NCBI GenBank assembly: GCA_951406725.2
Contig: OX597842.1
Span: 26,784,001 to 26,848,000 of the forward strand
Source of the DNA: Octopus vulgaris
Lineage: Eukaryota
DNA length: 64,000 nucleotides
Direction of reading: 5' to 3'
Below the pieces are notes generated by a model. That model searched no databases and was not told the DNA's origin. It saw only the letters and a program-made list of their open reading frames with translations. Below, in pieces: positions 23,795 to 37,435 of the stretch; the stretch's first letter is position 1; every line of letters starts with the position of its first letter. The position numbers and the translations under genes are program-made.

Positions 23795-25463
23795 CAGTGT
23801 TTCTCAATCGTTTTGTACCTGTGGACCCCTTTTGATTCCTGTTCTACTCAGATGGCCATCAGTTTCTGTCTCTCTGTCATGCTCTAACCTTTCATCATCT
23901 AACACAAGATCACCTCTTCCTCTGCCCTCTCGCCTCTCAAAAATTCCTTGTTTCACAAAGTTACTTGGTGACCCTGCCAGTGCAGGTGCCACTTAAAAAG
24001 CATCCAGTCCGCACTGCAGAGTGGTTGGCATTTGGAAGAACATCCAGCTGTAAAACCCATACCTATTTCTTTACTACCCACAAGGGGCTAAACACAGAGA
24101 GGACAAACGGATTAAGTCGATTACATGGACCCCAGTGCGTAACTGGTACTTAATTTATCGACCCTGAAAGGTTGAAAGGCAAAGTCGACCTCGGCAGAAT
24201 TTGAACTCACAATGTAACGCAGACGAAATACCGCTAAGCATTTCGCCTGGCGTGCTAACGTTTCTGCCAGCTCGCCGCCTTATCTGTAAAACCCATACCG
24301 ACACTGACCCCATCTGTGTGAGTGCCATGTAAAATGCACTGAACTTGCTCTGCAGAGTGGTTGGTGTTAGGAAGGACATCCAGTTGTAAAAAGCCATGCC
24401 GAAACAGACGCAGAAGCATGGTGCGGGCTCCTGCCTGGCCAGTTCCTGTTAACCATCCAACCCATGGATGGAGGACGTTAAATGATGATGGTAATGCTGA
24501 TGATGATGATAGACCTTCCCAGCCATTCAGTGTTTTTTAAAAAAAATCTTATATTTTTATTATTAAATATTATTAGGAATTCATCATCATCATCGTTTAG
24601 CGTCCGCTTTCCATGCTGGCATGGGTTGGACGGTTCAACCGGGGTCTGGGAAGCCAGAAGGCTGCACCAGGCCCAGTCTGATCTGGTAATGTTTCTATGG
24701 CTGGATGCCCCTCCTAACGCCAACCACTCCGAGAGTGTAGTGGGTGCTTTTTATGTGCCACCGGCACAGGTGCCAGACGAGGCTGGCAAATGGCCATGAT
24801 CGGATGGTGCTTTTTACGTGCCACCGGCACGGAGGCCAGGCGAGGCTGGCAACGGTCACGATCAGATGGTGGTTTTTATGTGTCACCGGCACGGAGGTCA
24901 GGCGAGGCTGGCAATAGCCACGATCAGATGGTGCTTTTTACGCGTCACCGGCACGGAGGTCAGGCGAGGCTGGCAATAGCCACGATCGGATGGTGCTTTT
25001 TACGCGTCACCGGCACGGAGGTCAGGCGAGGCTGGCAATAGCCACGATCAGATGGTGCTTTTTACGCGTCACCGGCACGGAGGTCAGGCGAGGCTGGCAA
25101 TAGCCACGATCAGATGGTGCTTTTTACGCGTCACCGGCACGGAGGCCAGGTGAGGCTGGCAACGGCTACGATCGGATGGTGCTTTTTACGCGCCACCAGC
25201 ACAAAGGCCAGGCGAGGCTGGTAACGGCCACGATCGGATGGTGCTTTTTATGTGCCACCAGCACGGAGGCTGGCAAATGGCCACGATCGGATGGTGCTTT
25301 TTACGTGCCACCGGCATGGAAGCCAGTCGGGGTGGTGCTGGCAACGACCACGAATTATATAGAAGAAATTGTTAAAATCTTGTGTATTGTGGAAGCGTAA
25401 TTGATTTCTTGTACCAAAATTTTAACACTAGGCTCTTATATGGACCCTAGGTGAAAACCACTG
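23795..25463. mobile_element. hAT MITE shell split by nested SINE insertions
   Basis: Ends cagtgtttctca / tgaaaaccactg. TSD GCCTAACC / GTCTAACC (7 of 8 match). Interrupts an RTE-related element. Confidence 0.65.
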
Positions 25464-26126
25464 GTCTAACCCATGCCAGCATGGGAAATAGGTGTTAAAT
25501 GATGGTGATGGTCATGTCTCCATAACTTAGCAGTTTGGCAAAAGTGACCAATAGAATAAGTATTGGGATCAACTCATTCAACTAAAAATCCTTCAAGGTG
25601 GTGCCCCAGCATGGTCGCTGTTTAATGACTGAAACAAGTGAACTATAAGGGAGGAAAAGATGTGTGTTTATTAATTATTTACATGAGAACAAAAAAAAAA
25701 GGAAAAGAAAAAATACAGGTGTACTCACAAAAGGTGGTCCCTTTTATCTGTTTATTTGTTTCATTGATTGGATTGTGGCCATGCTGGGGCACCATCTTAA
25801 AGGTTTTTTTTAGTTGAACAAATCAACCCCAGTACCTTGTTTTTTTCTTCTTTTTAGCCTCTTGTGCCAAATCACTAAATTACGGGGACACAAACAAACC
25901 AACACCGGTTGTCAAATGGTGATGGGGGACACATAATCAAACACGCATGGCAGCTTCTGTTTGTTAGATCTACTCAAGGCTTGAGTTGGACTAGGGCCGT
26001 AGTGGAAGGCGCTTGCCCAAGGTGCCATGTAGTGGGACTGAACCTGGCACCATGTGGCTGGGAAGCAAGCTTCTTACCACACAGCCATACCTCTACATAT
26101 GTAAATCCTAATTTAAGGTCTGTGAC

Positions 26127-26127
<1 letters not shown>

Positions 26128-26164
<37 letters not shown>

Positions 26165-26760
26165 ACTATATATATATGTGTATATATGTATATATATGTA
26201 TATGTATGTATGTATCTATGTATGTATATGTGTATGTATATGTATGTATATATATGTATGTATATGTATGTATGTATATGTATGTATGTATATGTATGTA
26301 TGTATATATATGTATGTATATGTATGTATGTATATATATGTATGTATGTATGTATATATATGTATGTATGTATGTATATATATGTATGTATATGTATGTA
26401 TGTATATATATGTATGTATATGTATGTATGTATATGTATGTATGTATATGTATGTATGTATATATATGTATGTATATGTATGTATGTATATGTATGTATG
26501 TATGTATATATATGTATGTATATGTATGTATGTATATATATGTATGTATATGTATGTATGTATATATATGTATGTATATGTATGTATATATATGTATGTA
26601 TATGTATGTATATATATGTATGTATATGTATGTATATATATTGTGTGTTTATGTATGTATATATGTGTATATGCATATGTATGTCTGTATTCAGGTGTAT
26701 GTATACATGTCTGTATATGCGTGAATGTATGTGTATATATGTATATATATATATATTATG
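26128..26760. repeat. (TATG/TA)n microsatellite
   Basis: Direct reading. Similar tracts at 28320-28515, 30635-31505, 37410-37760, 55118-55298. Confidence 0.95.
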
Positions 26761-27705
26761 TACATCTCTTCCTCACATTTCGTCTTATGGTTATCTCTCC
26801 CTTAGCCCAATCCTGTCCTCACTGCCCCTGCGTCATTGCTATCCTGCTATCCCCCACTTCAAAATACCCAGGTTTCACCAGTCACTGCCCTACCCCCCCC
26901 CCCTTCTTCTTTTGCATTCATGTGAATCCCCTTCTCATGCACCCTTGGCAATGTACTCTACCTTCATATTTTTATTTGTATCCGAGTACCTTGAGAATAT
27001 TCCCTGGGTACATCACCACCAACACCAACACTCTCCCGCTGCCTCTTTCCGGGGTAACCATGTATCTCCTCAATGGCAGGACTCATGTTTTGGTCCCTAT
27101 GTCACGCTCAAACCTCTCATTACCTATTTCTTTACTACCCACAAGGGGCTAAACACAGAGAGGACAAACAAAGACAGACAAAGGGATTAAGTCGATTATA
27201 TCGATCCCAGTGCTTAATTTATCAACCCCGAAAGGATGAAAGGCAAAGTCGACCTCGGCGGAATTTGAACTCAGAACGTAACGGCAGGCGAAATATACGG
27301 CTACGCATTTAGCCCGGCGTGCTAACGTTTCTGCCAACTCGCCGCCTCATTACCTGGCACAAGACTACCTTCTCCTGTACCCCTCTTATCAAAGGTTCTT
27401 TGTCACGTAAAAGGTATCCATTCCATCCTGTAAAGTGGTTGGCATTTGGAAGTGGCCATCCAGCTGTGGAACCCATGCCAAAACAGACAGCAAAGTGTGG
27501 TGCAGTCCTCTGGCTTGCCAGCGCCTGTCAAACTGTCCAACTCATGCCAGCATCGAAAACAGATGTTAAATGATGATGTATGTATGTGTGTGTGTATATA
27601 TATAAATATATATATATAATGGGAAAGTTTACGAAAATAAACAAAAGACGAAGGCAGGTGAAGTACAAACAAATGTATTAGTATGGCGCTCAGGAATAGA
27701 AAAAG

Positions 27706-27743
27706 TCTTTTACGTTTCGAGCCTACGCTCTTCGACAGAAAGA
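27706..27743 (-). ncRNA. Minimal type I hammerhead-ribozyme-like motif (Penelope-type), variant core
   Basis: Minus strand: UCUUU CUGUCGA A GAGC GUAG GCUC GAAA CGUA AAAGA. Stem I and stem II pair, and the core differs from CUGANGA at one position. Confidence 0.55.
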
Positions 27744-30700
27744 TACACAGAAAAAAAAAACAAGGAGAGAAAAAAATGCGTGTAGGAGCTAACGATCTAT
27801 CATGGCGTCCTGACTTCGGACGTCTGTGTGTGTATATATATATGTATATATATCACCGTCACCATGACCGACCATGCTATCAGATGTTGCTACACATCAC
27901 TGGTCACAATGTGCTTCGCATTGTTTTAGCCTTCAAATGACGCCACCCTGCTGGCTAAGCAAGCAGGCCAACAGAAGAAAGAGTGAGAGATAGTTGCGGT
28001 GAAAGAACAGGGATCGCCACCACCCCCTGCCGGACCCTCGTGGAGCTTTTAGGTGTTTTCCCTCAATAAACACTCACAACGCCCGGTCTGGGAATCGAAA
28101 CCACGATCCTAATATATATATATATATATATATATACATATGCATACATACATATATACATATACATACATACATATATATATGTGTGTGTGTGTGTACA
28201 GTAGGGATCGCCACCACCCCCTGCTGGAGCAATGTGGAGCTTTAGGTGTTTTCGCTCAATAAACACTCACAACGCCCAGTCTGGGAATCGAGTCCGCTAC
28301 CCTAACCACTGGGCCATTGTATATGTATATATATGTGTATCTATATAGATATATATGTCTATTGTATATATGTATGTGTATATACACATATATATATGTC
28401 TATGCGTATATATACATGTGTGTGTATATGCATATGAATGTGTATGTATGTGCATACATGTACATCTGTATGTATGTATGTGTGTGTATGTATACACATA
28501 CACACACACATACACATCTACCAAATCCACTCATGAGGTTTTAGTCAGCCTGAGGCTACAGTAGAAGACACTTAAGGTGCCATGCAATGGGACTGAACCC
28601 AAAACCATGAGGTTGGTTAGTGAATTTCTCAACCGCATGGCCCACATCAGTGCCTGTGTGTGTGTGGGGGGTTATCTCACTTTCTTTTGTGAAGTTGTAG
28701 GCTCTCATCAAACTATGCAATCACCTCACACCTTCAAAGCTGTGTAGAGTAAGAAACGCCCTTACTGGAAAAACTGCCGAGGGTCAACAACAACAAGGGC
28801 GCTGACCACCATCACCACCACCACCACACACCTTTGGCCATACTGTAACTGCTCGACTGGCTTCTGATCTCATGGTTGCAATCTGAGCATCAAAGCTAAC
28901 CTTTGACTAATCCCTAACCATCATCGTTTAACTTTTTTTTCGATGCTGGTAGGGGTTGGCTGATTTGACAAGAACAGACAAGCCGGAGGCCCCACCAGGT
29001 TCTGCGTCAGTTTTGGCTTGGTTTCTACAGCTGGAAGCCACTCTTAGCACTAGCCACTTAATGTAGTGTAAAGGGTAAAGACTAAAGACCCCCTTTGGTC
29101 ATGAACGACCATGGGATTGTACATAGGAAGTTCCCTTCCAAGGCACAAGTCTGGGCAAGGTTGCTTGTGGAATACCAGCAGTTGCCTACGCATACCAGCC
29201 TCCCCTCTCCGTGCCACCGATGTTGTCCAAGGGACCAGTGATGTCGTAACTCAGGAGTGGAACTGGAGCGACGTGAAATAAAGTGTCTTATTTAACAACA
29301 CACAACCTGGTCCAGGAATTGAACTCACTATCTCAGGATTGTGAGATCGATACTGTAACCACTGAGTCATGCCCCTTCATACACACTCTAGTGCACTGGA
29401 TGTGGAGGCGTAATGGCCCAGTGGTTAGGGCAGCGGACTCGCGGTCGTAGGATTGCGGTTTCGACTCCCAGACTGGGCGTTGTGAGTGTTTATTGAACGA
29501 AAACACCTAAAGCTCCACGAGGCTCCGGCAGGGATGGTGGTGATCCCTGCTGTACTCTTTCGCCACAACTTTCACTCTTACTCCCTGTTTCTGTTGTACC
29601 TGTATTTCTAGGGGCCAGCCTATATATATATATATATATGTGGAGGCGCAATGGCCCAGTGGTTAGGGCAGCGGACTCGCAGTGATAGGATCGCGGTTTC
29701 GATTCCCAGACTGGGCGTTGAGTGTTTATTGAATGAAAACACCTAAAGCTCCACGAGGCTCCGGCAGGGATGGTGGTGATCCCTGCTGTACTCTTTCGCC
29801 ACAACTTTCTCTCACTCTTACTTCCTGTTTCTCTTGTACCTGTATTTCAAAGGGCCGGCCTTGTCACTCTCTGTGTCACGCTGACTATCCCCGAGAACTA
29901 CGTTAAGGGTACACGTGTCTGTGGAGTGCTCAGCCACTTGCACGTTAATTTCATGAGCAGGCTGTTCCGTTGATTCGGATCAAGCGGAACCCTCGTCGTC
30001 GTAACCAACGGAGTGCTTCCATCCCAGTGCACTGGACACTTTATGTAGCTCCAGCACTCATGAGGTTGCCAAGAACCACGGGGCCCCTGAAACTGAGTTG
30101 GGTTATAGATTGCAGGAACAAAAAGAATCTATGAAATAGGGAGAGGAACATATGACTTGCTGAAGAGGTGAAGACTCAGGAACACAAATCTATATCTAAT
30201 TAAATCGTTAGCGCTACATTACCTTCCAATTACAACCTGCTAATTACTCACTTTTCAATTAAAATGCCATACCGAGTCATTTTAGCATGATTAAATTATT
30301 CGGCTTAACGCGAACCCATATCTCTTGCCCCCTATTTCTATGATTTTCTGTTTCAATTTTAGCATCTTACCCTTCTTCTGGACCTCCGCCCCCACAGTCT
30401 GTACCACCACCCGGGGTTCGACTGCCAGCACCCGGTAAATTTCTCTTTCTTTTTCTTTCCGTTGCAATTATTTCTGTCTCATACGAGGTTCCGTTTCATG
30501 GCCTCATTCGTGCACTTGGCGTGTTGTAAGGGTTGTGGTCACACTGTTTGGGTTTCTTTTTTTTGTCGTTTATTTTGAAGGCCAGTTGTAAGGTGTTGTG
30601 AAATGCTTACCCTCTTGCTCCTCTGTGTGTTTGTGCATATATGTGTATGTATAACTATATTCATATGTATACATGTACGCATATATATGTGTGTATATTT

Positions 30701-31007
30701 GTATTTATGAAAATATATATGTATATATATCCCTATGTTTATGTATGTATATATATATGCATGTATGTATATATATATGCATGTATGTATATATATATGC
30801 ATGTATGTATATATATATGCATGTGTGTATGTATATATATGCATGTATGTATATATATATGCATGTGTGTGTGTATGTATATATATGCATGTATGTATAT
30901 ATATATGCATGTGTGTATGTATGTATATATATCTATATGCATGTGTATATATATGTATATATTTATAAATATATGCGCATATGTGTATGTATGTATATAT
31001 ATATGCA

Positions 31008-31038
<31 letters not shown>

Positions 31039-31321
31039 TTATAAATATATGTGTATGTATGCATATATATGCATGTGTGTGTGTATATATATATATATAT
31101 TTATAAATATATGCGCATATGTGTATGTATGTATATATATATATGCATGTGTGTAAATATATATATATTTATAAATATATGCGCATATGTGTATGTATGT
31201 ATATATATATATGCATGTGTGTAAATATATTTATAAATATATGCGCATATGTGTCTGTATGTATGTATATATATATATATGCATGTGTGTAAATATATTT
31301 ATAAATATATGCGCATATGTG

Positions 31322-31361
<40 letters not shown>

Positions 31362-33002
31362 TGTGTGTGTATATGTATGTATATATATGCATATGTGCAT
31401 GTATATGTATATATGCGTGTGCTTATAGATATATTTGTGTATATATGTATGTGTATATGTATATATATTTGTATACACACATGTACCTGTCTGTATATAT
31501 GTATTTGTTCATCATCATTTGATATCCACTTTGCCATGTTTGTATGGGTTGTTTATAGTTTATTGAGGCAGATTTTTTTCTATGTCCGGTTGCCCTTCCT
31601 GTCTCCAGCCCTCACCCCTTTCCAAATAGGGTTATATTTCCCCTAGGGCCCTAACCTGTTTCTCATGGAGGACTGGAAATTGTCGTCATCATCATCATCA
31701 TCGTTTAACGTCTGCTTTCCATGGTTGGATGGTATGGGTTGGATGTTTCGACATTGAGCCGGCTAGCAGGGAGCTGTGAGGACCCCCAACTGTCTGTTGT
31801 GGTGTGGCTTCTACGGCTTGATGCCCTTTTCTAATGCCAACTGCTTAACAGTGTGCTGGGTGCTTTTTACATGCCACCAGCATGGCTGCATCTAAGCAGC
31901 ACTGACACGAGTGCATTAATGCAGTACCAGCATGGGTGCATTAATGCATCACTGGCACCGGCGCTTTTTTAAGTGGCACCAGTTTCTGAAAGGACAAGCC
32001 TGTATACTATTTTTTTACTCTTTTACTTGTTTCATTCATTTGACTGCGGCCATGCTGGAGCACCGCCTATAATCGAGCAACTCGACCCCGGGACTTATTC
32101 TTTTGTAAGCCCAGTAATTATTCTATCAGTCTCTTTTGCTGAACCGCTAAGTTACGGGGACGTAAACACACCAGCATCGGTTGTTAAGCGATGTTGGGGG
32201 GGATAAACACAGACACACAAACACATACACACACATTTATATATATATATACATACATATATACGACAGGCTTCTTTCAGTTACCTTCTACCAAATCCTC
32301 TCTCAAGGCATTGGTCGGCCTCGGGCTTTAGTAACAGAAGGCACTTGCCCAAAGTTCTGAACTGTGGAACTGGTAGGACTGAACCCAGTACCATATGGTT
32401 GGGAAGTGTCTAAAACAAAAAAAAAGTAAGAATGCGCAGGAGTGGCTGTGTGGTAAGTAGCTTGTTTACCAACCACATGGTTCCGGGTTCAGTCCCACTG
32501 CATGGCACCTTGGGCAAGTGTCTTCTACTATATAGCCTCAGGCCGACTAAAGCCTTGAGTGGATTTGGTAGATGGAAACTGAAAAAAGCCCGTCGTACAT
32601 ATATATATATATGTGCGTGTTTGTGTGTCTATGTTTGTCCCCCTAGCATTGCTTGACAACCGATGCTGGTGTGTTTACGTCCCCGTCACTTAGCAGTTCG
32701 GCAAAAGAGACCGATAGAATAAGTACTGGGCTTACAAAAGAATAAGTCCCGGGGTCGAGTTGCTCGATTAAAGGCGGTGCTCCAGCATGGCCACAGTCAA
32801 ATGACTGAAACAAGTAAAAGAGTAAAGAGTAAAAAAAATAGGATGAGGTTTTTTGAGTTGGTGCTATTTTTAGCGTTTGGGTTTAGGGTTGGTTTTGAAT
32901 TTTACCTTCAACCATCTGAACAGAGATGGTTGAGGTAAATAACGGAATGAATTGAGTTTTATGAAATTTCAGTTTTGCAGATTTGCAAATAAAAAATAAT
33001 TA

Positions 33003-33455
33003 CAGTGAAACCCGTGTTTAGGAATTTAATTCCTTCCTGGACACTGTTTATCACCTGAAATGTTTGTAAACCGAAACTATTTCTTCCTTATATGAAAGAT
33101 CTAGAAAAGGTATGGTGAATTCAAGCAGGGATGTGCACTGAGGGAAAGCTAGACATCCACTGTTGCTCGTCAACTGCCTGTTCGTTACTCGAACTTCGTC
33201 ACCTGATGTGTTTTAGTTAGTTAGTTAGTTAATTTTTTGGCTCAAAAAGCAAGGCCATGTAGGGGGACATGGAGTTATGTACAAGGTAGTGTTCATGTAA
33301 AGAGTTCAGGCCACTTGTGGTCAAGGGAGACTTTGAACCGAGGGGTCGTCGGCATCTTCACTATCTTGTCCGGCAGCTTATTCCACGGATCCGCAACCCG
33401 GACGGAGAAAGCCCCTCTCCTTCGATTGAGGTGTTTGTAGACTGAGGTTCCACTG
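33003..33455. mobile_element. pogo/Tigger-like MITE carrying a CR1 fragment
   Basis: TA-cagtgaaaccc ... gaggttccactg ends, with a CR1 3' piece at 33213-33435 inside. Confidence 0.5.
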
Positions 33456-34807
33456 TTTGTAAATAAAAGTGCTCCAGCATAGCCACCACCTTGGGCTGGA
33501 ACATTTTTAGATTCTTTGCAAACTACTTGCTGATGCAAGTGCTACCAGTTGGAAGCCCTGGTTACCAGATGCTAGCAAGCTTTGGGAGTCATTTGGAAGG
33601 AATGTGCGATGCTTCAAGGCCTTCCTCTCAATTGCATTATTGTGCGCCGGGCCCTGTCTTAAGATTTTGCTGCCGAATTGTGGGCCAGTTGGCAGCAGTT
33701 ATTAACTCTGTTGAATAGAGTGTTTCACAGTTTCTGTTCAAGTGTGTACTGAGATCAAGTACCACTGGGGCCGACTTCATTGTTCATCCTTTCAGGGTTG
33801 ATAAAAGAAACCCCACCTGTTCTGGGCAACGCCGGGTTTTTCTGCTTGCTTAAAAAAACAAAAAAAAAACAAAAAAAAATTCATGTTTCTATTGAGTAAG
33901 GACCAAGATGAGGGCCACAAAAGGTTCAGTAGGTGATGACAATGATGGTGACAGGTCTTTTTGAAAAATCAGTTGACTCTCCCCGCTTCCTCTCTCTCAC
34001 TCTCTCTTCCCCTGACCCATACAGTTCCCTCTGTCCCTTAATGTAAGATTCTCTTCTAGACTTTAACTTTGACCCCGAACACATTCTTAGCTCCGTCCTT
34101 TGTCCCCTAACTGCCCTCCACTCTCCCTTGTACTCATGTCAAAAACAAACCCCCTCTCACTCCCCTCCCCCACCTTCACTGTTCCCCCCACACATACACA
34201 CATGCACTTCCATGTATCTACACACCTGTATGTATATAAATATATATGTATTTTCATTCTGTTCCTTCTAGCTTCCTTTAATGGCAGCCAACATTGGAAA
34301 GGTAAATATTTTACTGGTCATGTTTTAACCTTTTTTTTTTTTTTTTTTTATTCACCGTCCTCTGACCCCTTTGGGGTCATGCTCTAACCACCACTACACT
34401 CACCAATGAACCTTGGGCCTACAGCCACGCTCTAACTGCTCTACTGACTCCTGACCATTTTCCTGGTTGCTAAATCTAACCAAAACTGACCCCTGATCAT
34501 CCTCTGATCTACTTCCTGGTTGCTCCCTAACTGCTATATTCATTTTTCATTTGCCCTGCAGTCCTATTCTAAGCCTTACTTTTCTGATCCTTTTTACTGG
34601 CTAAGCTTTCCTGCTGCACTCTGTTGGTTATGATGGTGAGGATCCCAGTTGATCTGCTCATGAAATTAACAGTCAACTGGCTGCGCATGTCCTTGACATA
34701 GTTCTCCAGGAAATCCTGCGTGACACAGATTGTGACAAGGCTGGCCCTTTGAATTACAGAGCCACAACTCGTATTCGCCAGCCGAGTGGACTGGAAGAAC
34801 GAGAGAG

Positions 34808-35447
34808 AACGCTGAGAGTTGCTGAAGCATGGAACAAACTGCCGGCATCAGTTGTTGGTTGTCGGAGCACTGCATCCTTCAAAACTTCCATGCTTCCTGA
34901 GATTTGCCAACACTACACCTGATTTTCTTCCCTCCATACACACACAAGCATGTATCTGACTCATACATTATTCGCTTTCCAGACATTACTGCATATACTC
35001 TATCCCCACTTTCTGACAAATTGTGGTGCACCTGAGCACTGTATACAACAATTTTATTATTATTATTATTTAAAAACTCCACCTGTCTAACACCCGTGGA
35101 CATGTTTACAAAGTCAGAGAACAGCACAGCACCCATGACTTTAGGAAACATTTTTTCACGCTGAGAGTTGCTGAAGCATGGAACAAACTGCCGGCATCAG
35201 TTGTTAGTTGTCGGAGCACTGCATCCTTCAAAACTTCCATGCTTCCTGAGATTCGCCAACACTACACCTGATTTCCTCCCCTCCATACACACAAGCAAGC
35301 ATGTATCAGACTCATACACTGTTCGCTTCCCAGACATTTCTACATTACTGCATATGCTTTATACGCACTGTCTGACAAGTTGTGGTGCACCTGAGCACTG
35401 TATACAATAATTTCATCATCATTATTATTATTATTATTATTATTATA
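34808..35447 (+). mobile_element. Two tandem 5'-truncated CR1-clade LINE ends
   Basis: Second copy reads NTRGHVYKVREQHSTHDFRKHFFTLRVAEAWNKLPASVVSCRSTASFKTSMLPEIRQHYT-stop. Each copy ends in (TTA)n. Confidence 0.82.
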
Positions 35448-35846
35448 AGTGGTACTCCATTGTTTACGACAATGAGGGTCCCAGTTAATGCGATTAACAG
35501 AACAGCCTGCTCGTGAAATTAACGTGCAACTGGCTGAGCGCTCCATAGACCCGTTTATCCTAAATGTGGTTCTGAGGGAAATTCAGCAGGACACAGAATG
35601 TGACACGGCTGACCCTTCTGATTTACAGGTACAACTCACTTTTACCAGGTGAGTGGCAGCTGGAGCAACATAAAATAAAGTGTTTTGCTCGGGGACACAA
35701 CATGTTGCTGAGGCTTGAACCAGTGACCTTATGATCATAAGCCGAATACCCTAACCACTGAGCCATGTGCCTTCACTCATTTCTCCCCTATTCTATAATG
35801 TTGATCATGCTCCAGTTGTCCCCGTTCACCCTTATACCCAATATAT

Positions 35847-36004
35847 CAGGGGATCCCAACCTGTGGTCCGCAGACCCTTGGTGGTAATACATGGGTCGGT
35901 GAACATGTTAAGCTGACAGATATCCTTTCAATAGCCTGGGGTCTGTGAGAAAACTCATTTAAATAAAAAGGGGTCCTTGGTAGTGAAAAGGTTGGGAACC
36001 ACTG
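35847..36004. mobile_element. hAT MITE
   Basis: cagggg atcccaacc / ggttgggaaccactg ends. Perfect TSD CAATATAT. Confidence 0.8.
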
Positions 36005-36848
36005 CAATATATCACCGGGATCGGGGGTGGGGTTGTGTATATGAAGTTCACTTCTCAACCACATGGTTCCAGGTTCAACCTCACTGTGTGGCACCTTGGG
36101 CAAATTTCTACTATAACCTCTAGTTAACTGAAACTGACAGAATCCCATCACACACACACACACACATGAGTGTGTGTGTATCTTTGTGCCTGTGTTTGTC
36201 CCTCACCACTGCTTGACAACCGCTGTTGGTTTGTTTATGTCCCCTTATCAGGTCAACAAGAGAGACCAATTCAATAACTGTCTGGCTTAAATAATAAGTA
36301 TTGGGGTTGGTTCATTCAACTAAAAGTTCTTCAAGGCGGTGCCCCAGCATGGCCGCAGTCCTATGACTGAAACAAAAGATAAAGAAAATATGTCATTTTA
36401 GCATCCACTTTCCCACCGTTGCATGAGTCAGGTGGATTTTACCAAGGCAGGTTTTCGGCTTCTGGATGCCCTTCCTGTCCCCAACCTTTACTCGTTTCCA
36501 AACAAGGTAGTCTTTCTCCATTGCGGGTCATGCTTCGACAGAAGATTGGCAGAGGGGAGGGAGGGAGACAAACGACACTGCTTGTATGACACTGACGCTT
36601 GTTTACGACTATCATGTGCTATCAAAGCAAGCAGACACAAACACAACGCATGAGGAGGCTTCTTTCAGTTTCCCCCTAACCAATTCAAAGCTTTGGTCAT
36701 GCAAGACCAATGATAGAAGACACTTGCCCGAGTTGCTTTGCAGTGGGATTGAACTCAGAACCACTTGGCTTGGAAGGAAACTTCATAACTAATAAGTCAT
36801 GCTTGTGCCTATATATGTCCATCTGTCTATCTGCCTGTCTGTCTATAT

Positions 36849-37112
36849 CAGCGTTTCTCAACCGAGGTCCATGTGGCCCTTGGGGGTCCATTTAAGATTT
36901 TGGGGTTAACTTTTTATGTACAACAAATTGGTTATACTTCTTCAATAACACAAACTATTTTAATCATTATTTTTGTACAAATTCCCCCGCAAAATATTTA
37001 ATTATAAAAATATAAAGGAATTTTTTTTAAGCATTGAATGACTATGAGGGTCCGTCTAAATAAAATAGGGACCAAAAGGGGTCCACAAGTAGAAAATGGT
37101 TGAGAACCACTG
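36849..37112. mobile_element. hAT MITE
   Basis: cagcgtttctcaacc / ggttgagaaccactg ends. TSD GTCTATAT / ATCTATAT. Confidence 0.78.
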
Positions 37113-37397
37113 ATCTATATCTTTCTGTCTGTCTGTCTCTCTCATCAGTCTACCTACCTATCAACTGTATCTTAACGTGTATAAGTAACCCCCTAGATTT
37201 TGTAAGGGATTATAATACTATCCATGTATAAGAAACTCCCATATTTTTTTAACTTCATTTTTTGACAAAAAAGGGTTCCTTATACACATTAAAATACAGT
37301 AATTACCTAGCTATCTATTTAATTACCCACCTGCCTATTTAATTAATTACCTACCTATCTATTTAATTACCTACCTACCTCTCCAACTATCTACTTA

Positions 37398-37435
<38 letters not shown>

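Noticed and set aside
29641-29718. Possible tRNA gene (also 23321, 29403, 63679)
   Set aside because: A/B boxes run directly into a shared SINE body in several copies and no clean cloverleaf is evident.
30478-30520. Second hammerhead-like string on the minus strand (cgaatgaggccatgaaacgg)
   Set aside because: Core is incomplete and neither stem I nor stem II pairs.
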